From Bdellovibrionales bacterium (GTDB taxonomy: Bacteria > Bdellovibrionota > Bdellovibrionia > Bdellovibrionales > UBA1609), in assembly GCA_028819305.1 (NCBI GenBank), contig JAPPLY010000056.1:14800-78799 (forward strand): DNA of 64,000 bases. Reading direction: 5' to 3'. Shown here one piece after another: positions 20,292 through 29,644 of the stretch. The notes under the pieces were generated by a model. The model had not been told where the DNA came from and did no database searches. It saw only the letters and a list, made by a program, of their open reading frames with translations. Numbering within the stretch: position 1 is the stretch's first letter; every line of letters begins with the position of its first letter. Both the position numbers and the translations under genes were made by a program.

Positions 20292-20900
20292 TTACAAATG
20301 ATCCTTTATTTCCAACCATTCCTCCATTTCCTTCTCTTGATACAATAAAGATTTTAACTCTTTATTTTCCTTTTCCAACAAAGCCACTAAAGTATTTAAT
20401 TCTGCTATTCTATTTTGCTGCTCACCGATTTTAAGCTCTTTTTTTTCCAAACGTTCGTAAAGCTCTTTTTGAGCATCCACCACTTTATTTAAAAACAGAT
20501 CCTCCGGCGGCAACATAAAAGAAGAGTCTTTTAATGACTTGTTAGAAAGAGGACGGCCTTCTTGTTTTTTCGTCGCAGACTTAAAAACTTCGGTTTTTTT
20601 ATTATTTTTATTCTCTTGGCTATAGGGTTCCCTCTGCTGCTCTACTTCTAAAGGAGAACCTTCCTCTGCTAAAATAATTTCTTTTTTTAAAGAAAAAGGG
20701 CTGATACTTAGATCACTTTTATTACCGACTATTTCCTTTTCTTTTTTTAAATCAACAAGGTTTCGGTCTTCTAAAAAATATTTACCCATTTTAAAACTAA
20801 AAGGAATTTGCCCCGCTCGAATTCTCCGACGAAGAGTAGAGATACTAATACGGTATTTACCAGAATACTCACCCAAAGATAACCACTGATTATTCATCAT
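20292..20900 (-). CDS. MerR/excisionase-type HTH protein with C-terminal coiled coil
   Basis: N-terminal LSLGEYSGKYRISISTLRRRIRAGQIPF resembles the excisionase/MerR HTH; the C-terminal 70 aa are heptad-like. Confidence 0.5.
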   Translation of the reverse strand: MMNNQWLSLGEYSGKYRISISTLRRRIRAGQIPFSFKMGKYFLEDRNLVDLKKEKEIVGNKSDLSISPFSLKKEIILAEEGSPLEVEQQREPYSQENKNNKKTEVFKSATKKQEGRPLSNKSLKDSSFMLPPEDLFLNKVVDAQKELYERLEKKELKIGEQQNRIAELNTLVALLEKENKELKSLLYQEKEMEEWLEIKDHL

Positions 20901-20984
20901 AGCTGAGCTTTCCTATATTAATGATGGCTCTGTTTTGATTATTCAAAAGATCCCTTCTACGACCATCCACAGGATTTTTCTATT

Positions 20985-21152
20985 TTGACTATTCAAATGA
21001 ATATAACAAAAGAAAAACATTTGAATAGTCAAACCTTACTTTTTGGAATTATTAGTCATTATTAAAGCACAACGCGACAAGTTAATAATCAAAAAAAGAA
21101 GGAATACTTGAATCCATTAAATTGACTATTCAATAATAATTTGACTATCCAA
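20985..21152. promoter_or_regulatory. Cluster of four copies of the near-palindromic 12-mer TTGACTATTCAA
   Basis: Copies at 20985-20996, 21021-21032 (inverted), 21122-21133 and 21141-21152 (TTGACTATCCAA). The first two extend to a perfect 15-bp inverted repeat. All lie upstream of the HTH gene at 20292-20900. Confidence 0.5.
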
Positions 21153-22590
21153 AAATGAAGAGGGAGGGGATAAGCCCACTAGCTAAAATAAAGCCCGACA
21201 AAAGTAATAAACAAGAAGTCAAAAAACGGGGTAAGCGAATAAACACCTTTTTTTCTCTTATTTGCAGATCCTTTTTCATATACATAAGAGCTATGGGCTT
21301 CAGATAATAAAAAAGAGCTATGCTGGAACCTAAAATAGCCCAAAATAGCATCCACCATAAACCCTGATCCAGCAAAGCCTGAAAAACAAATAATTTTGAA
21401 ACAAAGCCTCCCGTGGGGGGAATACCAGCCAAACTCAATAAAAAAAGAGTTATTAAAAAAGCATGAAAAGGTTTTTGGTGAACTAATCCATCTAATTCAC
21501 TGAGATTCAAGGCAACACTGTCTTTTTTTTCAAAAGGTCTTAAACATATAAAAATACCCAAAGTTGTACCTATATATACTATTAAATAATAAAGTAGGGC
21601 TGTCCTTCCAAAGAAAGAACCCATTTGGGAGACAATTAAAATCATAAGTAAATAACCAGAATGAGCCACTGTAGAAAAAAGCAGCATTTTTTTAAAGTCC
21701 TTTTGAAGCAAAGCAATAATATTTCCAAATAAAACACTCAATACGGCTAACCACTGAAAAAGAGATAATAAAACCGAAAACTCCAGAAGAGAAAACATAT
21801 TTCTTGTCCATTCAAAAAGCAGTATGAATATAACCAACTTAAGACCTGTCGCCATAAGAACTAAAAGGGGAGTAAAGGAAGCTCTATATACATCCGGCAG
21901 CCAAAAATGAAACGGAAAAATAGATACTTTAAATAAAAAACCCACCAGAATAAATATAAGACCTAAGGTCAGAAGACGAGAGCTTGTAATTAATTCAGGA
22001 CTTTGTTGAAAAATTCTCTGCAAATCAAAATGCCCAGAAGAACCCACAACAAAAGAAATTCCATAAAGTAAAATAGCGGAAGCCACGGAACCTAAAACAA
22101 AGTATTTAAAACTGGCCTTTAAAGCTTGTGACCCTGTGCGTCCCAGAGCAATTAACAAATAAAAAGATAAAGAAGCTAATTCCAAGCCAATGAAAGCGAT
22201 GAGTAAATTACCCGCCCACAGTAAAATTAATAAACCAAAAAGGGAGCCTATTTTTAAAAAGAGAATTTCAGAAAAAATATTTTCATTTACCTGGGGTTGT
22301 TGAATACTCATAAGCACTATAAAAAACCCCACCAATAACAAAACAAGAGAAGCTATAGCTCTCAGTTCATTAAATACCAAAGCTTCTGAAAAAAGGGTTT
22401 TTATCTCTATATTAGAAGAGGGCCAAATCAAAAATAAAAGAACAAGGGAAGTAAAAATACCTATCAGAATAAAACCCGAAGATAAAAACAAAGAGCTCTC
22501 TTTATTTTTATTTAAAACCTTTAAGCTGATGGGGATTAAACTAAATAAAAAAAGAGACCATAAAGGAGAACTTAGAAGAAGATCACTCAT
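21145..22590 (-). CDS. nuoN: NADH-quinone oxidoreductase subunit N
   Basis: 481-aa polytopic ND2-like ORF; 4-nt overlap with nuoM. Confidence 0.85.
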   Translation of the reverse strand: MSDLLLSSPLWSLFLFSLIPISLKVLNKNKESSLFLSSGFILIGIFTSLVLLFLIWPSSNIEIKTLFSEALVFNELRAIASLVLLLVGFFIVLMSIQQPQVNENIFSEILFLKIGSLFGLLILLWAGNLLIAFIGLELASLSFYLLIALGRTGSQALKASFKYFVLGSVASAILLYGISFVVGSSGHFDLQRIFQQSPELITSSRLLTLGLIFILVGFLFKVSIFPFHFWLPDVYRASFTPLLVLMATGLKLVIFILLFEWTRNMFSLLEFSVLLSLFQWLAVLSVLFGNIIALLQKDFKKMLLFSTVAHSGYLLMILIVSQMGSFFGRTALLYYLIVYIGTTLGIFICLRPFEKKDSVALNLSELDGLVHQKPFHAFLITLFLLSLAGIPPTGGFVSKLFVFQALLDQGLWWMLFWAILGSSIALFYYLKPIALMYMKKDLQIREKKVFIRLPRFLTSCLLLLSGFILASGLIPSLFIFG

Positions 22591-24170
22591 AACCCCCCCT
22601 GTCTCCTGGTGTTATGGGTTCCAGACATATCTGATATTAATGAAAAATGTTTTTGCCCTAAACGGAAATTTTTTGTTTTGATATTCAAATTATAGTTTTC
22701 TCTGCTTTCCTGTAAGTGGTTTAAAGAAACAGTAGAGTATTTAAGAAATGCTTTAGGGAAAAGACCCATTCCAAAAACGAGAAAAACAAAAGGGAGAATA
22801 ATCCCCATTTCTCTTTTTGATAACAAAGAAGTTTTTTGAGACAAAACAGACACTGAACCAAAAAACACACGATGAATAAGATATAACATATAAGAGGCTC
22901 CAAAAATGACTCCCCATAGAGCTAAAAACAAAGCTCCCCAGTTTCTAGCTGTAAAAGACCCCATTAAAACAAAAAACTCTGAAATAAAACCTCCTGTGGA
23001 GGGAAGAGCTATAGCAGAAAGAGAAATAATAACAAAGTTGATAGCTAAAATTGGCATTTTTTTAGCCAGTCCTCCATAATCTGAAATATTTAAACTCTGC
23101 GTTCTTTCATAAAGGATTCCCACTAATAAAAACAAACCAGCAGAAGAAACCGCATGTGTGAGCATTTGGTAATAGCCCCCTGTTAAGCCATACTCATTTA
23201 AACTAAAAAGACCTAAAAGAACATAGGCCATATGAGATACAGAAGAGTAAGCCACTAGTTTCTTTATGTTCTTTTGCGCCAAAGCCATAAGAGCTCCATA
23301 AAAGATCCCCACACCGGCTAAAAAACATATAGAAGAGGCAAAAAACTCCACAGATTGGGGAAAAAGAGGCAAAACAAAGCGTAAAAATCCATAAGCTCCC
23401 ATTTTTAAAATGACCGCGGCTAATACAGCCGATCCGGGAGCAGGAGCCTCCACATGAGCCAGTGGCAACCAGGTGTGAAAAGGAACAAACGGGAGTTTTA
23501 TCGCAAAAGCTAAAAAGAAACAAAAAAACAAAACATTTTGAGTGCTCAGCAAACTCGCTTCAAAGGGTAACTCCAACTTGTAAAAATCCAATAAACTAGC
23601 GCTCATTTCCCCTGTCGATTGTAAAGTAAGATGCATTAAAGCCACTAAACCTGCCAGTAAAAATAAAGACCCAAACGCCGTATAAATAAAAAACTTAAAA
23701 GCCGCATAGATCCTCTCTTTACTACCCCAAATCCCAATAATGAAATAAAGAGGAATAAGAGAGCTTTCAAAAAAAATATAAAAAAGAATAGTATCCATAG
23801 CCAAAAATGTGCCCATCACAGAAGTAATCATCAAAAATAAACAACAATAAAAAGCAGATACCTTCTCCTTTATCAAATTCCAAGAAGCTCCCACACAAAC
23901 TGGCAAAAGAAAAGCCGTTAAAATAACAAACCAAAAAGAGAGACCATCCACCGCTACAAAATATTCAATGCCCAAAGCCGGAAACCAGGAAAACCGCTCC
24001 CCTAATTGTAGTTCCTCTGTTTGAGAGTCAAAAAATAAAAATAAGCTCAAACTAAACAAAAAGTACGCTACGGAACAAAAAGCAGCTCCTTTACGACATA
24101 AAGAGGGGTTTTTTATAAAAACCAGAATTAAAGCAAAAACCAAAGGTAAAAAAATTAAAGCACTGAGCAT
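22587..24170 (-). CDS. nuoM: NADH-quinone oxidoreductase subunit M
   Basis: 527-aa polytopic ND4-like ORF. Confidence 0.85.
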   Translation of the reverse strand: MLSALIFLPLVFALILVFIKNPSLCRKGAAFCSVAYFLFSLSLFLFFDSQTEELQLGERFSWFPALGIEYFVAVDGLSFWFVILTAFLLPVCVGASWNLIKEKVSAFYCCLFLMITSVMGTFLAMDTILFYIFFESSLIPLYFIIGIWGSKERIYAAFKFFIYTAFGSLFLLAGLVALMHLTLQSTGEMSASLLDFYKLELPFEASLLSTQNVLFFCFFLAFAIKLPFVPFHTWLPLAHVEAPAPGSAVLAAVILKMGAYGFLRFVLPLFPQSVEFFASSICFLAGVGIFYGALMALAQKNIKKLVAYSSVSHMAYVLLGLFSLNEYGLTGGYYQMLTHAVSSAGLFLLVGILYERTQSLNISDYGGLAKKMPILAINFVIISLSAIALPSTGGFISEFFVLMGSFTARNWGALFLALWGVIFGASYMLYLIHRVFFGSVSVLSQKTSLLSKREMGIILPFVFLVFGMGLFPKAFLKYSTVSLNHLQESRENYNLNIKTKNFRLGQKHFSLISDMSGTHNTRRQGGL

Positions 24171-24185
24171 AGCTATTCACTCCCT

Positions 24186-26090
24186 TCAAAAAAGGAACAC
24201 CGAGAGAGTACAAATAATTAATCCTAAAAGCATAAATAAAATATAACTCTGGGTTTTTCCGTTTTGAGCACTTTCAAACAACTCTTGTAAAACAAGTAAT
24301 TTTTTTTGAATCAATATAATAAAACCTTGAATCATCTTTACATCTACACCCCACCAAAGATCATAACTGACATTTAAAACCGGGCGCACCATTTTAGAAT
24401 AACAAAAGGAGTCCACACCCAAGGCAGCCTCTAAAGCATCAAACACAGTTTGGTTTTTCTTTTTTAAAAAGAAAACTGTTTTTTGCCTTTTTAAATAAAG
24501 CCAAAAACTGATTAAGACAATGGATAAAATGAAAACCGAAGACCCTATCATTAAAATACCCTCTGCTAAATGAGTCCCCTTAAACTGTTTTTGAATAACT
24601 ATTGGTTTTAAATATTCTGCAAGTAAATGAGGAGGATGACCTGGTAAATACTCACTGATTAAATGAGGAATACCTATAAAACCCCCTAAGACAGAGAGAG
24701 TCGCCAATATTCCCAAAGGAAATTTAGCAAAGAACCCCCCTTCATGGGGGGTTACCCCTGATTTTAAACGACTTGTACCATGAAAGACCAAAATATAAAG
24801 CCGGCTCATATAAAAAGCGGTTACAAAAGCCGTTAACAAAATTAAAGAAAATACAGCAAATTGTCCAGAAGCTAAAGCCGACCACAAGATTTCATCCTTA
24901 CTAAAAAAACCCGAGAAAGGAGGCAAGCCAATAAGGGCTAAGAATCCTATAAGAAAGCACAACCAAGTAAAAGGAAGTTTCTTCCTCAGCCCGCCCATGT
25001 TATAAATATTTTGTTCCCCATTTAAAGCATGAATCACGGACCCGGCGGTTAAAAACAAAAGTGCTTTAAAAAACGCATGTGTAAGAAGATGAAACAAAGA
25101 AGCTGTAAAAGCCCCTAAACCAGCCGCTACACACATATAACCTAACTGAGAAACAGTAGAATAAGCCAGCACCTTTTTAATATCACTCTGTGCACAAGCA
25201 ATAAAAGCAGCCAACATAGCTGTCATAGCGCCCACCCAACTAATAAGAGTTAACACTTCCGGTGCTAAAATAAATAAAGAATGCATCCTCACTATTAAGT
25301 AAATACCGGCAGTGACCATGGTAGCCGCATGAATCAAAGCAGAAACAGGAGTAGGACCCGCCATAGCAGAAGGAAGCCAAATATATAAAGGAATCTGAGC
25401 CGATTTACCGATCACTCCCATAAACAAAAAGAAACAGGCCCACTTTACAGCACTTAAATGAACGGAACCAGGGGCCCCCTCAGATAAAACATCAAACTGC
25501 AAAGAAGCAAACTCTTGAAACAAAAGAAACATTCCCAACAAAAAACCCACATCACCTATACGATTAACAATAAAAGCCTTCATACCGGCCGCGGCTTTTT
25601 GCTTATCTGTAAACCAAAAACCTATGAGTAAATAAGAACAAAGCCCCACTCCCTCCCAACCTAAGAACATGAGAAACAAATTATCTGCTGATACTAAAAC
25701 AAGCATACTAAAAATAAACAAATTGAGATAAGAAAAATACTTCGCAGGCCGATCATCATGTGACATATAATACAAACTAAAAACATGAATCAAAAAACCC
25801 ACTCCCGTTATCAACAACAGCATTAAAACACTCAAAGGATCTACTAAAAAAGAAAAGGAAACTTTAAAAGAGGATATATTTAGCCACTCAAAAAAAGAGA
25901 CCAAAAAATCAACTTTCTTTTGGGATAAGAAAGAAAGAAATAAAAAACCCGCGCTCAAAAAAGAAATAAAACAAGATGTAACACCAATAAAACCCGCTAT
26001 TTTAAGATCAGGCTTTTTCCATCTAAAGCCATTTATCAAAGCTCCTATTAAAGGAGCCAACAAGAGAGCCATAAGGGCTATTTTCATCAT
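24186..26090 (-). CDS. nuoL: NADH-quinone oxidoreductase subunit L
   Basis: 634-aa polytopic ND5-like ORF. Confidence 0.88.
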   Translation of the reverse strand: MMKIALMALLLAPLIGALINGFRWKKPDLKIAGFIGVTSCFISFLSAGFLFLSFLSQKKVDFLVSFFEWLNISSFKVSFSFLVDPLSVLMLLLITGVGFLIHVFSLYYMSHDDRPAKYFSYLNLFIFSMLVLVSADNLFLMFLGWEGVGLCSYLLIGFWFTDKQKAAAGMKAFIVNRIGDVGFLLGMFLLFQEFASLQFDVLSEGAPGSVHLSAVKWACFFLFMGVIGKSAQIPLYIWLPSAMAGPTPVSALIHAATMVTAGIYLIVRMHSLFILAPEVLTLISWVGAMTAMLAAFIACAQSDIKKVLAYSTVSQLGYMCVAAGLGAFTASLFHLLTHAFFKALLFLTAGSVIHALNGEQNIYNMGGLRKKLPFTWLCFLIGFLALIGLPPFSGFFSKDEILWSALASGQFAVFSLILLTAFVTAFYMSRLYILVFHGTSRLKSGVTPHEGGFFAKFPLGILATLSVLGGFIGIPHLISEYLPGHPPHLLAEYLKPIVIQKQFKGTHLAEGILMIGSSVFILSIVLISFWLYLKRQKTVFFLKKKNQTVFDALEAALGVDSFCYSKMVRPVLNVSYDLWWGVDVKMIQGFIILIQKKLLVLQELFESAQNGKTQSYILFMLLGLIICTLSVFLF

Positions 26091-26103
26091 AACATTTTTC
26101 CCT

Positions 26104-26187
26104 ATACCTATTAGGTATTATTGTTTCTATAACTTTCCGGTTCTTTCCTCCAGGCAACCAAGCTTTTACAATCAAAAATTTTTAAAC
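26104..26187 (-). repeat. Intercistronic repeat copy a (nuoK-nuoL spacer)
   Basis: ATACCTA-T-TAGGTAT hairpin plus an AAGCTT-containing tail; about 70 percent identical (59 of 84 aligned columns) to 29518-29599. Confidence 0.75.
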
Positions 26188-26499
26188 AGGGTCGGTATAT
26201 TTAGAATCTTCTAAAACAAAAAGATCCATCTGTGTCCACCTGCGACTGATAAGCACAATTAAGGCTAAACCCACTCCCGCTTCCGCCGCCGAAATAGTCA
26301 TTACAAAAAAAGCCGCCACTTGAGCCGAAAGTAAATTATAAAACTGACTAAAAGAGACAAAAGAAAGATTAACCGCATTCAACATCAACTCTATGCTCAT
26401 AAGTATAATCAAGAGATTCCGGCGCGCTAGCACACCAAAAAAACCAATAACAAACAACAAGAGAGAAACTATTAAAAAGTGATTTAATTCTATTTCCAT
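26182..26499 (-). CDS. nuoK: NADH-quinone oxidoreductase subunit K
   Basis: 105-aa three-TM ND4L-like ORF (SIELMLNAVNL, AAAEAGVGLA). Confidence 0.88.
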   Translation of the reverse strand: MEIELNHFLIVSLLLFVIGFFGVLARRNLLIILMSIELMLNAVNLSFVSFSQFYNLLSAQVAAFFVMTISAAEAGVGLALIVLISRRWTQMDLFVLEDSKYTDPV

Positions 26500-26502
26500 T
26501 TA

Positions 26503-27021
26503 TTATTCCTTTTCCGAAGGAGTTTGCAAAAAAGGTCGCTGGCGACATAAAACAGCGACCCCTACAGCTATCAGGAGAAGTAAGATCCCCAGCACTTCAA
26601 AAGCCAAAACATAATCTATAAACAATAAAGAAGAAAGATCCTTTGTAGAAGTCTTTTGAATCGTTTCCATGGAACGAGGAGGAAATAAATGAAGAGAAAA
26701 AGGAAAAATGCCTACGATCAAACCAGACAAGAAGAATAAACTGGCTAACTTCATCCAAAGCCCTTTACTAAATAAAGTTTCTTTTTTTCGTTTTAAGTCA
26801 AAAAGCATCACGACCATAATAAATAACACCATAACAGCACCTGCATAAACGAGGACTTGCACTCCCGCTATGAAATGCGCTCCTAAAATAAAAAAAAGCC
26901 CTGCTAAAGCCAGCATAGACCCCGCCAAATGCAAAGCGCAGATCACCATATCTTTATGAGTGACGGTAATAACAGCACCATATAAGGCCAAAGCGGAAAA
27001 CAAGATAAACAAAAAGTCCAT
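26503..27021 (-). CDS. nuoJ: NADH-quinone oxidoreductase subunit J
   Basis: 172-aa ND6-like ORF. Confidence 0.8.
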   Translation of the reverse strand: MDFLFILFSALALYGAVITVTHKDMVICALHLAGSMLALAGLFFILGAHFIAGVQVLVYAGAVMVLFIMVVMLFDLKRKKETLFSKGLWMKLASLFFLSGLIVGIFPFSLHLFPPRSMETIQKTSTKDLSSLLFIDYVLAFEVLGILLLLIAVGVAVLCRQRPFLQTPSEKE

Positions 27022-27024
27022 TAA

Positions 27025-28176
27025 TTAAACCCCTCTCATTAAAAAAACCCCTATTCCTGTTATAACTGTGTTCACTAAGGCCCAAGGTAAAAGGGTTTTC
27101 CATCCTAAATCCATGAGTTGATCATATCGAAACCGAGGAAGTGTCCAACGCACCCAAATAAATATCCAAAGAAAAAAAAGCAATTTTATCAAAAACACCA
27201 AATGCAAAACTAAAGCTGTCAAAATACTCTGACCTGTAGAAGACAAAAAATGAAAAAAAGACTTCAGTGTATCCGGTGTTAAAAAAGGCCATAAAGTATA
27301 TCCTCCAAAATAAAAAGTCACCATTAAAGCCGAAGCCACCAGCATGTGACCATATTCCCCCATATAAAACATAATAATTTTTACTCCTCCGTATTCTGTA
27401 TGGTAACCTGCTACTAACTCTGCCTCCGCTTCTGGCAAATCAAAAGGAAGCCGATTGGCTTCTGCAAATAAAGCCACAAAAAGCAAAAGAGCTCCTAAAG
27501 GTTGGTAAAAAATTCCCCAATTAGGAAGAAAAGCAAGTTTTACTGGTTCTCCAAAAAAATAAAATTGCAATGGGCCATTTTGAGCCGCCACTATTTCAGA
27601 AAAGCTAAAAGTATTAAAAAGGAGAAGCACACCTACTATAGAAAGACTTAAAGCTAATTCATAGCTAATGGCCTGAGCAGAAGCTCTTAAGGCGCCATAA
27701 AGAGAAAACTTGCTGCCAGAAGACCAGCCCGCCAATAATAAAGAATACACAGCTAAGGAACTTACACCTAAAACAAAGACAACACCAATACTAATAACAA
27801 AAGATTGAAAATAAAAAGTATAAGGTCCCCATGTTTGTCCTAACCATTTAAAAGCTTCCACCTCTATAGGGGTAGAAAGAGGAATAGCACCAAAAGCTAA
27901 GGCCGCGGGAATAAGAGATAAAACAGGGGCTGAATAAAAAAAACTCTTTCGTCCTTTATGACCCAAAAAATCTTCTTTACATAAAAACTTTACGAGGTCC
28001 GCTAGATTCTGCATCAGTCCTAACGGGCCAATCCGATTCGGACCAAAACGGTTTTGAATAAAAGCAGATCCCCTTCTTTCCGCCCAAACCAAAAAAGGCA
28101 CCATTTGCACCATTAGTAAAAAAATAAAGGCTATTTTAATAAAATTAATCCCTACTTCAAAAAGATCACTTCCCAT
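27025..28176 (-). CDS. nuoH: NADH-quinone oxidoreductase subunit H
   Basis: 383-aa ND1-like ORF (ERRGSAFIQNRFGPN, PFDLPEAEAELVAGYHTEY). Confidence 0.9.
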   Translation of the reverse strand: MGSDLFEVGINFIKIAFIFLLMVQMVPFLVWAERRGSAFIQNRFGPNRIGPLGLMQNLADLVKFLCKEDFLGHKGRKSFFYSAPVLSLIPAALAFGAIPLSTPIEVEAFKWLGQTWGPYTFYFQSFVISIGVVFVLGVSSLAVYSLLLAGWSSGSKFSLYGALRASAQAISYELALSLSIVGVLLLFNTFSFSEIVAAQNGPLQFYFFGEPVKLAFLPNWGIFYQPLGALLLFVALFAEANRLPFDLPEAEAELVAGYHTEYGGVKIIMFYMGEYGHMLVASALMVTFYFGGYTLWPFLTPDTLKSFFHFLSSTGQSILTALVLHLVFLIKLLFFLWIFIWVRWTLPRFRYDQLMDLGWKTLLPWALVNTVITGIGVFLMRGV

Positions 28177-28242
28177 ATTTTTTTCTTCCTTCGTGGGAGA
28201 TTCATTATCCTCTTCCTATTTTTTCCCTTCTCCTTAAAGACA

Positions 28243-28275
28243 ATACCCCTCGGGTATTATTTTTCCGGAGTTTTC
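28243..28275 (-). repeat. Intercistronic repeat copy b (nuoA-nuoH spacer)
   Basis: ATACCC-CTC-GGGTAT hairpin followed by TATTTTTCCGGAG; 19/20 match to the hairpin core of 44815-44834. Confidence 0.65.
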
Positions 28276-28324
28276 AAATCCAATCGAAATACATAGCTAA
28301 AACAACCACTTTATTCTTCCGTCC

Positions 28325-28702
28325 CTATTTCCATCGTAATGCTTTAGAACCGATTTCCCAAAACAAACCATAGACGAAAATGAGAAGAAACACTATCATG
28401 GCCACAAGCGCTTCTAATCCCTGACCTTGATTTAAAAAATCTTTAAATGTTAAAGCCCAGGGATAAAGAAAAATGATTTCTATATCAAATAAAATAAATA
28501 AAATAGCTGTTAAGTAAAACTGTACTGATACACGTGAACTGATTTGCTCTTCTCCTTCAAGACCACATTCATAAGGCAAACTTTTAGCTTTGGAGGCCGG
28601 TTTTTTCACCTTCGCGCCAAACCAATGAGCAAGGGATAACATAAAAGCCCCAAAAGTAAGGACAATTAAACTACAAATTAAAACCGGTACTAAAGAATCC
28701 AT
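28325..28702 (-). CDS. nuoA: NADH-quinone oxidoreductase subunit A
   Basis: 125-aa ND3-like ORF (PYECG, FDIEIIFLYPW). Confidence 0.88.
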   Translation of the reverse strand: MDSLVPVLICSLIVLTFGAFMLSLAHWFGAKVKKPASKAKSLPYECGLEGEEQISSRVSVQFYLTAILFILFDIEIIFLYPWALTFKDFLNQGQGLEALVAMIVFLLIFVYGLFWEIGSKALRWK

Positions 28703-28761
28703 TTTTCTCCTATAAGATAAAAGAGTCTAGCCTCTCTTTTTTTCTCCACCTTTACGAAAAA

Positions 28762-29499
28762 TTAAAATATACTTTTAAAGTACTCCCTATTCATCCTAGC
28801 AATGGAATGAAGGGAAATCTCTTTAGGACAAGCGCGAGAACAAGCCCCTGTATTAGTACAAGCCCCAAAGCCTTCTTTTTCCATTTGTTTCACCATTTTT
28901 AAAACCCGTGCCTTTTTTTCCACCTTTCCTTGTGGCAATAAAGCCAGATGAGATACTTTAGCAGCCACAAACAAACTAGCAGAAGCATTTTTACAAACAG
29001 CTACACAAGCTCCACAGCCAATACAAGCGGCATGGGAAAAAGCCTCCTCCGCTTTGGCTTTTTCTACGAGTATACTATGCGCTTCCGGAGCTTGACCTGT
29101 ATTAACAGAAACATAAGCACCAGACTGAATGATACGATCAAAAGCAGAACGATCTACAATCAAATCCTGAAGAACAGGGAAAGCTTTAGCCCGAAAAGGC
29201 TCTATCCATATTTCTTCCTTATCTTTAAAAGATCTTAAATGCAGCTGACACACCGCTGATCCAGCATGAGGGCCATGAGGATTACCATTTATTACTAAAG
29301 AACAAGAACCGCAGATTCCTTCCCTACAATCATGGTCAAAAGCCACAGGCACTTTTTTTTGCCCAACCAGATCTTCATTTAACTGATCCAGCATTTCTAA
29401 AAAAGACATATCCGGTGAGAGATGATCCATTTCATAATTTTCAAAGCTCCCTTTTTTCTGACCTCTTTTTTGTCTCCAAATTTTTAGTTTTAATAACAT
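28762..29499 (-). CDS. sdhB: Succinate dehydrogenase/fumarate reductase iron-sulfur subunit
   Basis: 2Fe-2[10 protein letters not shown] and 4Fe-4[12 protein letters not shown] / [12 protein letters not shown] clusters. Start moved to ATG 29499 (MLLKLKIW) because the track's extra 34 codons are covered by repeat copy c. Confidence 0.85.
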   Translation of the reverse strand: MLLKLKIWRQKRGQKKGSFENYEMDHLSPDMSFLEMLDQLNEDLVGQKKVPVAFDHDCREGICGSCSLVINGNPHGPHAGSAVCQLHLRSFKDKEEIWIEPFRAKAFPVLQDLIVDRSAFDRIIQSGAYVSVNTGQAPEAHSILVEKAKAEEAFSHAACIGCGACVAVCKNASASLFVAAKVSHLALLPQGKVEKKARVLKMVKQMEKEGFGACTNTGACSRACPKEISLHSIARMNREYFKSIF

Positions 29500-29517
29500 A
29501 AACTCTAGTCCTTTTTT

Positions 29518-29599
29518 ATACCCAGAGGGTATTATTTTTTCGTAACTTCTCGGCCTTTTTCCCTTGTTAGCCAAGCTTTTAAAACTGAAATTTTCAAAC
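29518..29599 (-). repeat. Intercistronic repeat copy c (sdhA-sdhB spacer)
   Basis: ATACCC-AGA-GGGTAT hairpin plus an AAGCTT tail; about 70 percent identical to 26104-26187. Confidence 0.75.
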
Positions 29600-29644
29600 A
29601 CGAGCAGTATAATTCATCACACAAACTTGTAAAACATTTTTTTC

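Noticed and set aside
26182-26199. Similarity TTTTAAACAGG.TCGGTAT between the nuoK 3' end and 44975-44992 downstream of gyrB
   Set aside because: It is short (about 16 of 17), one copy is coding and the other is not, and the flanks do not align. Treated as chance.
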